DNA of 64,000 bases from NCBI GenBank assembly GCA_964016885.1, contig OZ024761.1, positions 14,880,001 through 14,944,000 of the forward strand, given 5' to 3'. A program made the translations under genes and the position numbers. The notes under the pieces are model-generated. The model did not search any database. It saw only the letters and a list, made by a program, of their open reading frames with translations, and was not told where the DNA came from. Shown piece by piece: positions 1-14,724 of this stretch. Source of the stretch: Eledone cirrhosa. Taxonomy: Eukaryota. How positions within the stretch are numbered: position 1 is the stretch's first letter; each line of letters starts with the position of its first letter.

Positions 1-296
1 GGCAATCGCTTGATGACAAAACAGTTGCAAAAAAAAACCAACCCAGTCAGAGTGTGGGCATCAGTTAATATTACCTAGATAGACATATCTAAGACTGTGT
101 ATAGATATATAGATATAAAGAACCAGTTAGAGTATGGACTTCAGTTAATATTACCTAGATAGACATATCCAAGATTATGTGTAGATATATAGATATAAAG
201 ACACATGAAAAGTAGGAAGGCAAGCAATGAACTTACATGAAAATGGTAAATACCAATTCTTAAGGCCTAAACCGATCTGTTTCAAGCTGACTAGAA

Positions 297-489
297 ATAA
301 TTGTATCTACGTTAGGAACAAGGCCAGCAATTACCCAGTGTATTACTGGTACTTTATTTTATCGACCCCGTAAGGATGAAAGGCAAAGTTGACCTCAGCG
401 GGATTTGAACTCAGAATGGCAAGGGCCGTAACTCTATGCATCAAAGCATGGCGTCCGACCCTCTACCAATACTGCCAATCCACCGCCAC
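297..489 (-). mobile_element. tRNA-derived SINE family A (Deu/Nin-like core)
   Basis: A/B-box-like head (tggcagtattggtaga; gagttcaaatcc) and core gcctttcatcc..ggggtcgataaaataaagtaccag. At least 9 copies in the window. Confidence 0.8.
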
Positions 490-1071
490 TGTCAAGCTGA
501 CAAGAAATAATGCAGATTACCATTATTAGATGAAAGGCATCATTAAGATGTTAAACTTACGAAATTTAACCTTTAACATCCTCTAGGCAACATAAGGTGC
601 CAGTAGAGTAATCTCCCCTGAATACAGTGTCAAGGGAAACAATTCATAAAAATGTTTAGCATGCTAAAGGTTAATATATGTTGAAACCTTGATATACTGC
701 CTGATGAGCTGAAAGGGGAAACGCACTGTAGCTGGCTTTTATTAACCCTTTAGCATTTAAACTGGCCAGAATTCTCTCACCTTTTTCTGTTCAAACCAGT
801 CGTAACCGGCCACAACTAACAACATTAATGTATTGTTCTCAAAATAAATAATCTCAAAATCTCGTAGCTTCAATATTATGTGAGATCAAGCCTTTACCAT
901 GAAAATATAATAGTATAACCCATGCTCGCGTGGAAGATAGACATTAAACGATGATGATGATGATGATGATATGAATGCTAAAGAGTTGAATGTTACATCA
1001 TCACTATAAGTGTTGTATTGAGTACGTTTCTTTTCTTCCTATGTTTGTCCTCAGTTGTGTATTTTCTTCAT

Positions 1072-1298
1072 TTAACCCTTTAGCATTTACATTACTCTAT
1101 ATTTACTATTGTATTTTCATGGTAAAGGCTTTATTTCACATAATTATCCTCACAATATCAAATATATGAGATTTTGTTATTATTTATTTTGAGAACAATA
1201 CCTTGACATCAGTATGAGTGGACTGTTACTGCCAGTTTGAACAGAAAGAGGTGGGAGAATCCTGACCAGATAGGGCCGGTTTAAATGCTAAAGGGTTA
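1072..1298. mobile_element. TTAA-flanked MITE (piggyBac-like ends)
   Basis: ttaaccctttagcattta...taaatgctaaaagggttaa. Other copies at ~742-988, 38482-38667, 43374-43602, 47878-48094 and 53142-53298. Confidence 0.75.
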
Positions 1299-1320
1299 AA
1301 TGTAATTACATACATAACAT

Positions 1321-1509
1321 TGGTGGATTGGCAGTATCGGTAGAGGGTCGGACGCCATGCTTTCCAGCATAGTTACGTCCCTTTACGATCTGAGTTCAAA
1401 TCCTGCCGAGGTTGACTTTGCCTTTCATCCTTACGGGGTCGATAAAATAAAGTACCAGTAATGCACTGGGTAATAGCTGGCCTTGTGCCTAACGTAGAAA
1501 CAATTATTG
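1321..1509 (+). mobile_element. SINE family A
   Basis: Near-identical to the reverse complement of 297-489. Confidence 0.8.
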
Positions 1510-1554
1510 AACCTCCTTGAGTTTCACCAGTGAGTGTGCCAGTTGTTTGAACAA

Positions 1555-1960
1555 CAGGACTGCCTGCTCATGAAATTAACATGCAAGTAGCTGAACATTC
1601 CAATGACACATACATACATGCACTCTTTAAGATAGTTCTCAGGGAGATTCATTTTGAACTACAGAACAGCCTGCTCGTGAAATTAATGTGTAAGTAGCTG
1701 AACATTCCAATGACACATACATGCGCTGATAACATAGTTCTCAGGGAGATTCAGTTTGAACTACAGAACAGCCTGCTCGTGAAATTAATGTGTAAGTAGC
1801 TGAACATTCCAATGACACATACATGCGCTTATAACATAGTTCTCAGGGAGATTCAGTTTGACCAACAGAACAGCCTGCTCATGAAATTAATGTGCAAGTG
1901 GCTGAGAATACCACCGACTTGTGCATCCACCACATACTTCCCAGGGAGATTCAGTGAGAC
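1555..1960. repeat. ~103-bp tandem repeat, ~4 copies
   Basis: Recurrent aacagcctgctcgtgaaattaatgtg..cagggagattca. Confidence 0.8.
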
Positions 1961-2417
1961 AGGGTTGGTCCTTTGAGTTATAGTTACAACACACCACAGT
2001 TTTACCATCTGAAAGGACTGAAGAAACGTGGTGTGTGTGATGATTTATAAGATATTCATGAGAGACAGATGGATAAAGATATATCTATTAATATATGCGT
2101 GTGTATGGACAGGTCCATTACAGTAAAGCATCTCTCCAATTTTTGCATTCCTTTGTCACCTTCTTTGTGAATTTGAATATGCATATGCATAGCTATGTAT
2201 ATGCATATATATATATGTGTGTGTGTGTGTACATCTATATATATATATGCACATGTAAATGAGGTTGGTGTTGGGAAGGGCATCCAGCTGTGGAAATCAA
2301 GCCAGAATCAGTTTCCGTCCCACCCTTGCAAGTAGGGAAAAAGCGGACGTAAAATGAAATGATTATGATGAAATGATGCATATATAATCATATATGCATA
2401 TATATATATATATATAT

Positions 2418-2808
2418 GGAGGCACATGGCTTAGTGGTTAGAGTATTGGGCTTGCAATCGAAAGGTTGTGAGTTCAATTCTCAGACCGGGTGATGTGTTG
2501 TTTCCTTGAGCAAGACACTTTATTTCACATTGCTCCAGTTTACTCAGCTGTAGAAATGAGTTGATAGGGACTGGGGTCCATATCATTCCACTGCAAAGTG
2601 GTCGTGGAGGTGCCACGGCAAAATAGCACCCAGCCCACACTGTAAAAGTGGACGTGTAGGCGCCACAGAAAAAAAAAGCACCCAGCACTCACTGTAAATG
2701 AGGTTGGTGTTGGGAAGGGCATCCAGCTATTGAAATCAAGCCAGAATCAGTTCCTGTCCCACCCTTGCAAGCAGGGAAAAGCGGACGTAAAATGATGATG
2801 ATGATGAT
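2418..2808 (+). mobile_element. tRNA-derived SINE family B with RTE-LINE-derived 3' tail and (ATG)n end
   Basis: Head tggcttagtggttag..gagttcaattc. Core gtgttgtttccttgagcaagacacttta. Tail cccacccttgcaagcagggaaaagcggacgtaaaatgatg. A tail-only copy lies at 2254-2378. Confidence 0.8.
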
Positions 2809-2821
2809 ATATAATCATATA

Positions 2822-2891
<70 letters not shown>

Positions 2892-3376
2892 CATGCACAC
2901 ACATATATAGAGTGAGTGAGATGGACAGTGAAAGATAGATTGACAGAGAGAGGAGAGTGTGACAGATAGATAGATAGATAGATAGATAAAACACACACAC
3001 CACACACACACATATAATATACATATATATATAATATATATAAGTAGATAGATAGATCCTATATAGCTGCAGAAAGAAAGGAAGTTATTATCATTACTTG
3101 TTCTTAGTTTCTAACCTATATTTTTTTTCAAGTTAGCTACTGTATGTTGTGTGTGTTTGGTCTTCTCCCTCTCACCCCATATATATATTTTGTATCTATC
3201 GTAGATGTGTTATATGTATGGCCAGTGCCTTGGTGTCATACTTTATAACTATTGTGTTTACTCTGCACCTAATGTTGTTTAACTTTTGCTCCATTGAGTG
3301 CTTTGCGATTGCCTCAAACAAATCGAATAGTACTTGCTGTACGACAGCTAAAACTTTGGTTTATGCCTACCATAGC

Positions 3377-3408
<32 letters not shown>

Positions 3409-3895
3409 TTTTTTTGACAGTCGATTGACTTTCGTCAAATTGGACTGAGGGAACAATGTTTCCGTTGGTCTTTCCAATTGTAATACTATCTATCGGTCAC
3501 AACTCCGGGTAGAAGGAGCAACGTGAAATAAAGAGTCTTGTTCAAGGACATAACACATCGGCCGGTCCAGGAATTGAACTCACAACCTCACGATTCCGAA
3601 TCCAATTCTCTTACCACTCAGCCACGTACCTTCATATATGTGTGTGTGTGTGTTTAATTTAGATAAAAAAAACAACAACGATAATACTTCAAATTATTTT
3701 ATTAATTTCTACATCCGTTTCAGTTTCAATGACGTACAATTGCAGAATAATGATTTGCAGATTAATTAATTAATCAAATCAATAAACATTGCAATCACAT
3801 ACATAAAATCTCTTCTGGAAACCAATATTAGATCTAGGCAATACATGTCCCAACCCATGCTAGCGTGGAAGATGGTCGTTAAACGATGATGATGA

Positions 3896-4002
<107 letters not shown>

Positions 4003-4497
4003 CACAGTGGAACCTCGGTTGACAAACTCAATTATTCCTGAAGGCCGTCGGTCAACTGAAATGTTTGTAAACCGGAACTATTTTTCCCCATATGAAATGT
4101 TGAGAGAGAATTACAGTATGTAAGCAGATAGATATCACCACAGTAACTAACTACACAGCAATTGACAATTTCCTGCCGATACACTCAACTTTCTGCCAAC
4201 AGTAGTTTCCGGCTTATGTGTTCATTACTTGAGATACAGTTCGCCATCCAAGACGTTTTATGTTCAGAAAACTTGGGTTGTGAAGAGGGATGTAGCTTCC
4301 ATTGGGGACCTTGAGCTAATCATCTGTGAAACGTATGTAACGGGTTCATGATCAATAAAAACACGTAAACAAAACTTTATCATTTTTTTCTTAATATATA
4401 TACATATAAATAGATATATATATAGATAAATGGAAAAGAATGAAACGAAATTTCATTTCTCACTCTTATATACATACATACATACATACATACATAC

Positions 4498-5050
4498 ATG
4501 GTGGCTGCCAACTCGTTTTCGAGTACGGCCACTACTTTATATCCATGTAGGAGAACCCCTACCAATGGGCTGAACGAGTGTGACTTTTTAGTCCAGCCAG
4601 CGACTTGAAAACTCTGGTACAAACACTACACTTGTGACAATTATTGACACATAGTGATGGGCCCATGGCACCATGTGACGACAAGTGCAGAGAGATCTCC
4701 AGATATAAAGCAATGCCTGTGCCGTGAAGCTTTTATAGTGAGCAAAGGCACTGCACAAAGCCAGTCCCACTCTCTTAACCAAGATGATATTTACCAAAAA
4801 GAACAAGTCAACATCATTGGATACCATCAGGGTTGCAGGTGTTATATCAGAGTTTTCCTTCTCCTAGAATTCTACCTTGACAAAGGCTAAGGAGTCATCT
4901 CTCCCGGTGATGTTGAATGGCCATTGACTCTTAAGAGCTCCTTTGCCCTTTGACAGGTTTTGTTTTTAGTCCTGCAGGATGTCCAAAGTCACCCTCCTCA
5001 CCAAGAAACCTTGGTGGGGTTGCCAGTTTAGTCGCCAACGACCCGACCAT
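4498..5050. mobile_element. Unclassified ~550-bp dispersed repeat flanked by (CATA)n
   Basis: Highly similar second copy at 11906-12424. Confidence 0.75.
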
Positions 5051-5450
5051 ACATACATACATACATACATACATACATACATACATACATACTTACATTT
5101 ATATATAGATATTTTCTTTTAAAAGAATGTGTGTGAAGAAAAATTGGTTTTTAAATCATAGGAAAATTTAAGCGATATTTTTAGCAAACAGCAGATTTTT
5201 ATTTTTCCAGAGATTTGAGTCTCATAAGCTGTAGATAATCTCAAATATCTGAGTTAGTGTATGGGGAAGGAGGAAGTCTTAACTAAACATGGGTTGAGGG
5301 TGGAGGAGGTGTAGTACAGCATTGGTCTAAATTCTAAGCTGTTGTTTCTTTGGCAGTTCTATACTTACCATTATAATTGCTTTAACAGTATTACAATATC
5401 TATGTATCTGCTTATATATACTCTCTCTCCACCCGCTCTCTCTCTCTCTC

Positions 5451-5553
<103 letters not shown>

Positions 5554-5595
5554 GACGTAATGAAGTTTCACTTTATAAAGTTTTAATTGCATAAT

Positions 5596-5687
5596 AAACA
5601 TTACATGTGTTTCACAGAAGATTGGCTCATGGCCTTTATTGATGTGTTAGACCTGGCTTCAGTATTAATATGCTCATCAGACATGTA
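5596..5687 (-). ncRNA. Hammerhead-like motif (weak stems)
   Basis: Minus strand reads acatgt CTGATGA gca...tgt GAAA C ACAT GTA atgttt. Confidence 0.5.
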
Positions 5688-6060
5688 CAGTCAAATCAAA
5701 CATTTCCATCTCTCATAATAACCTGTATATTGTTTCTGCAGATAGACAGCAGAATAGATGTGCTTTTTCAAGGCCGATGGTATTGAATTACATAGCAACC
5801 ATCGATTGGTTTGCACATCAATAATTTTGCTCTGTGAAACGATCGTAAATCATTAACTACCTACATCACCTTTTTCTTATTATTTCACACACACACACAC
5901 ATAATCATCATTTTACACTTGTTTTCTATGGTGGCCTTAGTTAGACAAAATGTATCATGTGTGTATGTAGAGGATACAGGAAACATAAAAATGTTAATGG
6001 TGTTATAAACATATGTATATAGGTGAATGTGCATAACATGTATGCATGTATGTGTGTGTG

Positions 6061-6107
<47 letters not shown>

Positions 6108-6132
6108 ATGTGTGTGTGTATATATGTATATA

Positions 6133-6476
6133 TGGAGGCACATGGCTTAGTGGTTAGAGCATTGGCCTTGCAATCGAAAGGTTGTGAGTTCCATTCTCAG
6201 ACCGGGTGATGTGTTGTTTCCTTGAGCAAGACATTTTATTTCACATTGCTCCAGTTTACTCAGCTGTAGAAATGAGATGATAGGGACTGGGGCCCATATC
6301 ATTCCACTGCAAAGTGGTCGTGGAGGTGCCACGGCAAAAAAAGCCCCCAGCACTCACTGTAAATGAGGTTGGTGTTAGGAAGGGCATCCAGCTGTAGAAA
6401 TCAAGCCAGAATTAGTTCCCGTCCCACCCTTGCAACCAGGGAAAAGCGGACATAAAATGATGATGATGATGATGAT
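6133..6476 (+). mobile_element. SINE family B
   Basis: Near-identical to 2418-2808. Confidence 0.8.
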
Positions 6477-6486
6477 TGTGTGTGTA

Positions 6487-6980
6487 TTTCTTAATTCTTA
6501 GGTTCTTCCGTGCCTTTTGGCGCATAGAGCAGTTGCTAGTCAGCAGCGATCATAATCAATGGCGGCTTTTTTCGCATCTGTGCCAAGTGATGTTGGCTGC
6601 CCCATGAGGTCTTTTCAGAACTTTTGTCGCTTGTTGATCCTGGGGCAATCCCGCCTCCATTTGCCGCCAAGTGGAGTCCAGTTCGTAACTGTTTTTTGAG
6701 TGCTGTTTGTCGGGCAGGCAAAGAATATGGGCAGCCAGGCGGCACCGACAATCCGCGACAATTCTCTGAAGCGTCCTCGACTTGGTACTCCGCAGGATTT
6801 CCTCATTCAGCAGTCGGTCGTGTCAGGACACACAAAGGATCATTCACATGCACCACTGGTGGAAAGCATTCAGCCATCTCTCTCTATCTTTGCCGTGCTC
6901 TTCCAGGTTTCGCTTATATAAAGCACTGTTGGCAGCACATTGCTCTTGTACAGGCGCAGCTTGATCCTTGTGCTGATGTA
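6487..6980 (-). mobile_element. RTE-like LINE 3' fragment
   Basis: Minus-strand translation IKLRLYKSNVLPTVLY.SETWK..LNAFHQ..NEEILR with frameshifts and stops. Confidence 0.75.
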
Positions 6981-7493
6981 TGAAGATGACCAGACTGGCT
7001 GTATTTATATACACGTCTCTGTTTTTAGCCTGAGAAAATACCTATATGCATGTATCATCATTGTCTTAAAATTTACTCACTCAACCACCACCACCACCAC
7101 CATCACCACCACCACCACAGGCTTCATTTATCACCATCATCATCATCATCATCATTGTCTTAAAATTTACTCACTCAACCACCACCACCACCATCTTCAC
7201 TTATCACTGTCAGTATGACCATCATCATCACCACCATCATCTTTTAACATTGATGAGGGGGTAGTGGTCATGGTAATGGTAGTGATGATTATGATGATGA
7301 TGATGGTGGTGATAATAAGGGTTAGGTCGATGTGGCGGTGGTGTGTGGTAATGGTGGCTATGATAATGATGATGGTGATGGTAATAAAGGTGAGGGCGAT
7401 GTGGTGGTGGTAAGTCATGGTGATGATGATGGTAAGGTTGTGGTTGATGTGATAGTGAGGTGGAAAGTCATGGTGATGATGATGATGATGGTA

Positions 7494-7684
7494 ATAATTG
7501 TTTCTACGTTAGGCATAAGGCCAGCAATTACCCAGTGTATTACTGGTACTTTATTTTATCGACCCCGTAAGGATGAAAGGCAAAGTCAACCTCGGCAGGA
7601 TTTGAACACAGAATGGCAAGGGCCGTAACTCTATGCGTCAAAGCATGGCGTCCGACCCTCTACCGATACTGCCAATCCACCGCC
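7494..7684 (-). mobile_element. SINE family A
   Basis: Full-length match to the family. Confidence 0.8.
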
Positions 7685-7949
7685 TATATGTATGTATAAA
7701 TAATACATGCATATATTTATTTTTTTTATATCCAATTGAGTTCTTCACGCATGGGTAAAATTCTTGACAGAATTAATTGACCTGCGTGCATATTATTTTA
7801 TCCTTTTATGTTTTGCGATGACCTCCCCTTCCCGCTTGGTGACGGTGTGAGATTTCTCTTTGTGAGACTGCTGGAATTTCAAATTTGACGGGTACCATCG
7901 CTGAATGTAAATATCGGTAGGGTTATTTTTATATCGATATTGTTGGGCA

Positions 7950-8071
7950 TCCACTGATGATTTATAAGTGCCCACCTGCATATATTCCTATAGACTATGT
8001 GTAGGCTTCTACATAACCTGGACATTATTTTCCCAACTTGTAGAAAACTTATAATGAAACGATCGTTTGGA
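7950..8071 (+). ncRNA. Hammerhead-like motif with large stem II insert
   Basis: tcca CTGATGA (7954) t ttataagt ... acttataa t GAAA (8056) C GATC GTT tgga. Stem I is 4 bp, stem II 8 bp with a U-U at the base, and stem III is the palindrome ACGATCGT. Confidence 0.6.
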
Positions 8072-8832
8072 AAGAGGGATGTATTTAATTATGCCTCATG
8101 AAATTATACAACTGGCTATCCGCAAAATACGTATAGTTAGCACCCCAAACGCATATTTGGGATTATACTAAGGTATATCCTAATGTTTGTTGAGTGAGAT
8201 GGAAGTCGGTCAGAGTATTGCTTAAAGCTTTCTCTGTTAATGTATTAAATACACATATATGTAAATATATACATGTGTGTTTGTTTGTATGTATGTTTAA
8301 AAGAAATGTTTTAATACATTCTAAATAATTGCTTTGATGTTTCATCTAGCATGTATCTTTATTTTTGTTAACTGCCCCATCGTCAACACCACCATCACCA
8401 TCACAACCTCACCAATAACCCCACTCCACCAAAACCGTCCCCCCGCTATAACCACCCACCATCAACACCACCATCACCTGAGTTCCACCACCACCACTAT
8501 TCACCCCAATTCCACCACCACCATCACACCAATTCCACCACCACCATCACACCAATTCCACCATCACCATCACACCAGTTTCACCATCACCCCAGTTCCA
8601 CCACCATCACACCATCACCACCACCATCACCACCTCAGTTCCACCACCACCACCTCAGTTCTACCACCACCACATCAGTTCCACCACCACCACCACCACC
8701 CCAGTTCCACTAACACCATCACCACCACCATGGTAAATGTTGGTAGGAATTTCATAACATGTTAAAACATTCTTTAGAAAATTCTACTGTATTGCTTCTA
8801 TTTGTTTTCTACATTCAATTGTATATGTTTGG

Positions 8833-8894
<62 letters not shown>

Positions 8895-9031
8895 GTGTGT
8901 GTATTTATGTATATATATCTGTGTGTGTATTTATGTATATATATCTGTGTGTATATGTATGTATAATATACATCACTGTCATTTAACAGTTATGTTGTTG
9001 TGTCACTATATATATGTTTGTATGTAGGTAC

Positions 9032-9066
<35 letters not shown>

Positions 9067-9224
9067 GATATATATATATAGATATATATATATATATAGA
9101 TATATATATATATATAGATATATATGCATGTACATATGTAACATTTGTAATATTTAAATACCAAAATAATATTTGAGATGTTAATACGTTCTCTGTTTCT
9201 GTCTCTGTTGCAGGCCCACACTAA

Positions 9225-10415
<1,191 letters not shown>

Positions 10416-11562
10416 TAAGCTTTGATTAATTTTTTTTATTTTTTTTTTATTTCTTAAAAGTTTTATAATCTTTCACCTTTTTTATGATTCCACCTTTTAC
10501 GTGATTGGAAAAAATCGCTGAAAACAAAAAAAGATCTTCGTCTGCCCTCTTTATCATTGTGATCGCTTTTACATCCATTCCTCCATGTTGGCATGGGTTC
10601 GACAGGGGTTTTTAAAGCAATGCTTTATAGCCAAATGTCCTTCCAGACACCAATCCTTTTAGTGTCCTCTTGCGACATGCAAAACTACATTGTACCTATT
10701 CAGGATATAGTCAAACAATGTTGGTACTGGAATACTGGTATGATGGGATATAGTCAAACATTGTTGATATTGAAATGACATTTGTTTGGCAGGTTTTCTA
10801 CAGCAGATTACCCTTCCTATCACCAACCACTTTATAGTGTATATATGTAGATCACCACATATATATATATATATATGTATATAGCTTTTTTCTGATGAAG
10901 GAATAGCGTCTGAATTTTTAAGACCCCTTTCCTGCTATTTCAAGCATTAAACTAATATATTCCTTCCATATAATCCTGTACTGATCGTGTTGTTATTTCT
11001 GTTTACCTTTCACATATGCATATATATATATATAAATATATATATTATAAAGAATTAATATATCTACCGACATATGTATACAGATGCATACCTATGCTAG
11101 CAGATATATATGTTTTGTCTTAGTAACTTTGTGGTTCTATGCAGGGGAATGCAGAACAATTATATGAAAGATGTAAATAAGAAAGTTATGAAAATTGACT
11201 TACTTACTAAAATTTCACTCCAGCTATGCTCTGTCTTAATAGCACCCCCACTCCAAGCTGGTTAACCTCAGTGTCATGTGATTGATTCCTTTGAATTTGC
11301 CACTTGACCAAGAAGGCAGTGAATTTTTCAATGGCTTGGAATCTAGCCCCGCTCGCTTTTTTCCATCCACTGAATTATTTTTATATAAGTTCCCAGTGTC
11401 CCCGCATTGCCTGGAAACTTAGCTGAGAATAGACTCCCTGATGACGTAAGGCTTCTCTATAGTTATTACGTAACTATATTTATCCCCTTACAGAAACTAA
11501 TTAGTTGGAGTGAAATTTTAGTAAGTAAGTCAATTTTCATAACTTTCTTATTTACGTCTTTC

Positions 11563-11613
<51 letters not shown>

Positions 11614-11691
11614 AAATGATTCAGTAGATTCGTGGCTTGCTGAGAAAGGTACTTTAATCAGCACGCTATGCTATGGCAGAGTGTATATAAA

Positions 11692-11862
11692 AAGAACAAA
11701 ATGGGGTTTGACATTGAGGTTTTTATTGATTATGGACAGTTACAAACGTTTCACAGCAGGCCGGTCTATAACTTTAACATAGATCCTGAGCCACCCATCT
11801 GTGAAACGGTCGTGCTGTACCTAATCAATAAAGGCCTTAATGTGAAACCTCATTTTATTCTT
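11692..11862. mobile_element. Diverged fold-back with hammerhead 3' halves
   Basis: Imperfect ~65-bp arms. ctgtGAAACggtcGTg on + and ctgtGAAACgtttGTA on -. Flanked by (TA)n. Confidence 0.55.
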
Positions 11863-11874
11863 GGGATATAGATA

Positions 11875-11905
<31 letters not shown>

Positions 11906-11907
<2 letters not shown>

Positions 11908-12424
11908 GGTGGCTGCCAACTCGTTTTCGAGTACAGCCACTACTTTATATCCATGTAGGAGAACCCCTACCGATGCACTGAACGAGTGTGACTTTCTAGT
12001 CCAGCCAGCGACTTGAAAACTCTGGTACAAACACTACACTTGTGATAATTATTGACACATAGTGCTGGGCCCATGGTACCATGTGACGGCAAGTGCAGAG
12101 AGATCTCCAGATATAAAGCAATGCCTGTGCCGTGAAGCTTTTATAGTGAGCAAAGGCACTGCACAAAGCCAGTCCCACTCTCTTAACCAAGATGATATTT
12201 ACCAAAAAGAAGAACAAGTCAACATCATTGGATACCATCAGGGTTGCAGGTGTTATATCAGAGTTTTCCTTCTTCTAGAATTCTGCCTTGACAAAGGCTA
12301 AGGGGTCATCTCTCCCGGTGATTTTGGATGGCCATTGAGTCTGAAGAGCTCCTTTGCACTCTGACAGGTTTTGTTTTTAGTCCTGCGGGATGTCCAAAGT
12401 CACCCTCCTCACCAAGAAACCTTG
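11906..12424. mobile_element. Second copy of the 4498-5050 element
   Basis: Direct repeat, flanked by (TA)n, truncated on the right. Confidence 0.75.
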
Positions 12425-12458
<34 letters not shown>

Positions 12459-12568
12459 TATACATACATACAGAGAGAGAGGGCGAGAGAGTTATAGGCT
12501 TGGTTCTACAATAGTACATGAGTACTATATTATTATAAAGTATTTTATAATAATAGAGAATGTTTCCA

Positions 12569-12625
<57 letters not shown>

Positions 12626-12654
12626 ACCTGTAAACTACTGATATTATTTACCGC

Positions 12655-12840
12655 TGGATTGGCAGTATCGGTAGAGGGTCGGACGCCATGTTTTGCAGCA
12701 TAGAGTTATGGCCCTTTATGATCTGAGTTCAAATCCCGCCGAGGTTAACTTTGCCTTTCATCCTCACGGGGGTCGATAAAATAAAGTACCAGTAATACAC
12801 TGGGATAATTGCTGGCCTTGTGCCAAAAGTAGAAATAATT
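12655..12840 (+). mobile_element. SINE family A
   Basis: Full-length match to the family. Confidence 0.8.
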
Positions 12841-12865
12841 ATTTACATCACTTCTTGCACAAATC

Positions 12866-13424
12866 AAATGTGTGTGTGTGTGTGTATATGTGTGTGTATG
12901 TCTGTGTGTGTGTATATATGTGTGTGTGTGTATATATGTGTGTGTGTATATGTGTGTGTGTGTGTATATATGTGTGTGTTTATATATGTGTGTGTGTATA
13001 TATATATATATGTGTGTGTGTATATATATATATGTGTGTGTGTGTATATATGTGTGTGTGTGTGTATATATGTGTGTGTGTATATATATATATATGTGTG
13101 TGTGTATATATATATATATGTGGGTGTATATATATATATATATATATATATAGATGTATGTATGTATATAGATGTATGACTGATTTGTGCAAGAAGTGAT
13201 GTAAATATGAGTAGTTTACAGAGGCATGTGGTAGAATGGAATACAGGAATACAGGAATGGTGGGATGTTGTCAAACATTACAAGGACCAGAATATCTGGG
13301 CAAGTGTTAACGTTTTAAATATGAATCGTGCATCTGATATTTATAAGTGCTGCCTGAGAGGACACATGTAGACATAATTATAAATGTCACTTAACACACA
13401 CACACACACTTATATATATATATA

Positions 13425-13459
<35 letters not shown>

Positions 13460-13548
13460 TTGTCTATATATATATATATATATATACACATAAATATGTA
13501 TATATTTGTGTATATATATATTTATTTATTTAATTGTATATATATTTG

Positions 13549-13585
<37 letters not shown>

Positions 13586-13743
13586 ATATATATATATATA
13601 TATATATAAATATATATATTATTATTTATATATATTTGTATATATATATATATACATAAATATATATATATTTGTGTATATATATATTTATTTATTTAAT
13701 TGTATATATATATTTGTATAATATATATATATATATATATATT

Positions 13744-13815
<72 letters not shown>

Positions 13816-13921
13816 TGTATATACATTTGTATATATGCATACATACATAATTATATATATATTTATTTGTGTGTGTGTATATATATATATATATATACAT
13901 ACATAATTATGTATATATATT

Positions 13922-13999
<78 letters not shown>

Positions 14000-14221
14000 T
14001 ACACATATAGTGCCAAGATATTTGCATTAAGCAGACAGATGTGTTTGGCTTGTCTGGCGATTACTCAGATATTTCTGAATCTAATTCTATGGAGGAGTTA
14101 TAACATGAAATCACTAAAATACCATTTTTATTACATACTACCCTCTACTCCTTGGATTTTGTATTCTGATTTTGTTTATGTAAATGCCTGCTATCTGTCT
14201 CTCAGACACTCATGAGTGTAT

Positions 14222-14266
<45 letters not shown>

Positions 14267-14272
14267 AGTGTG

Positions 14273-14337
<65 letters not shown>

Positions 14338-14494
14338 ATATATATGTGTGTGTGTGTATATATGTGTGTGTGTGTGTATATATATATGTGTGTGTGTGTA
14401 TATATATATATGTGTGTGTGTGTGTGTATATATGTGTGTGTGTGTGTGTATATATGTGTGTGTGTGTATATATATGTGTGTGTGTGTGTGTATT

Positions 14495-14525
<31 letters not shown>

Positions 14526-14692
14526 ATATATATGTGTGTGTGTATATATATATGTGTGTGTGTATATATATATGTATGTGTGTGTGTGTGTATATATGTA
14601 TGTGTGTGTGTGTGTATATATGTGTGTGTGTATATATATATGTGTGTGTGTGTATATATATATATGTGTGTGTATATATATATATATGTGTG

Positions 14693-14724
<32 letters not shown>

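Noticed and set aside
691-740. Minimal hammerhead CTGATGA-gctgaaaggg-GAAAC-gcact-GTA as a functional ribozyme
   Set aside because: Core present but stems I and II are broken. Counted only as a remnant, as are 4280-4345, 11438-11490 and ~55760-55800(-).
2418-2490. tRNA gene
   Set aside because: tRNA-like SINE head repeated with the SINE body. No complete cloverleaf.
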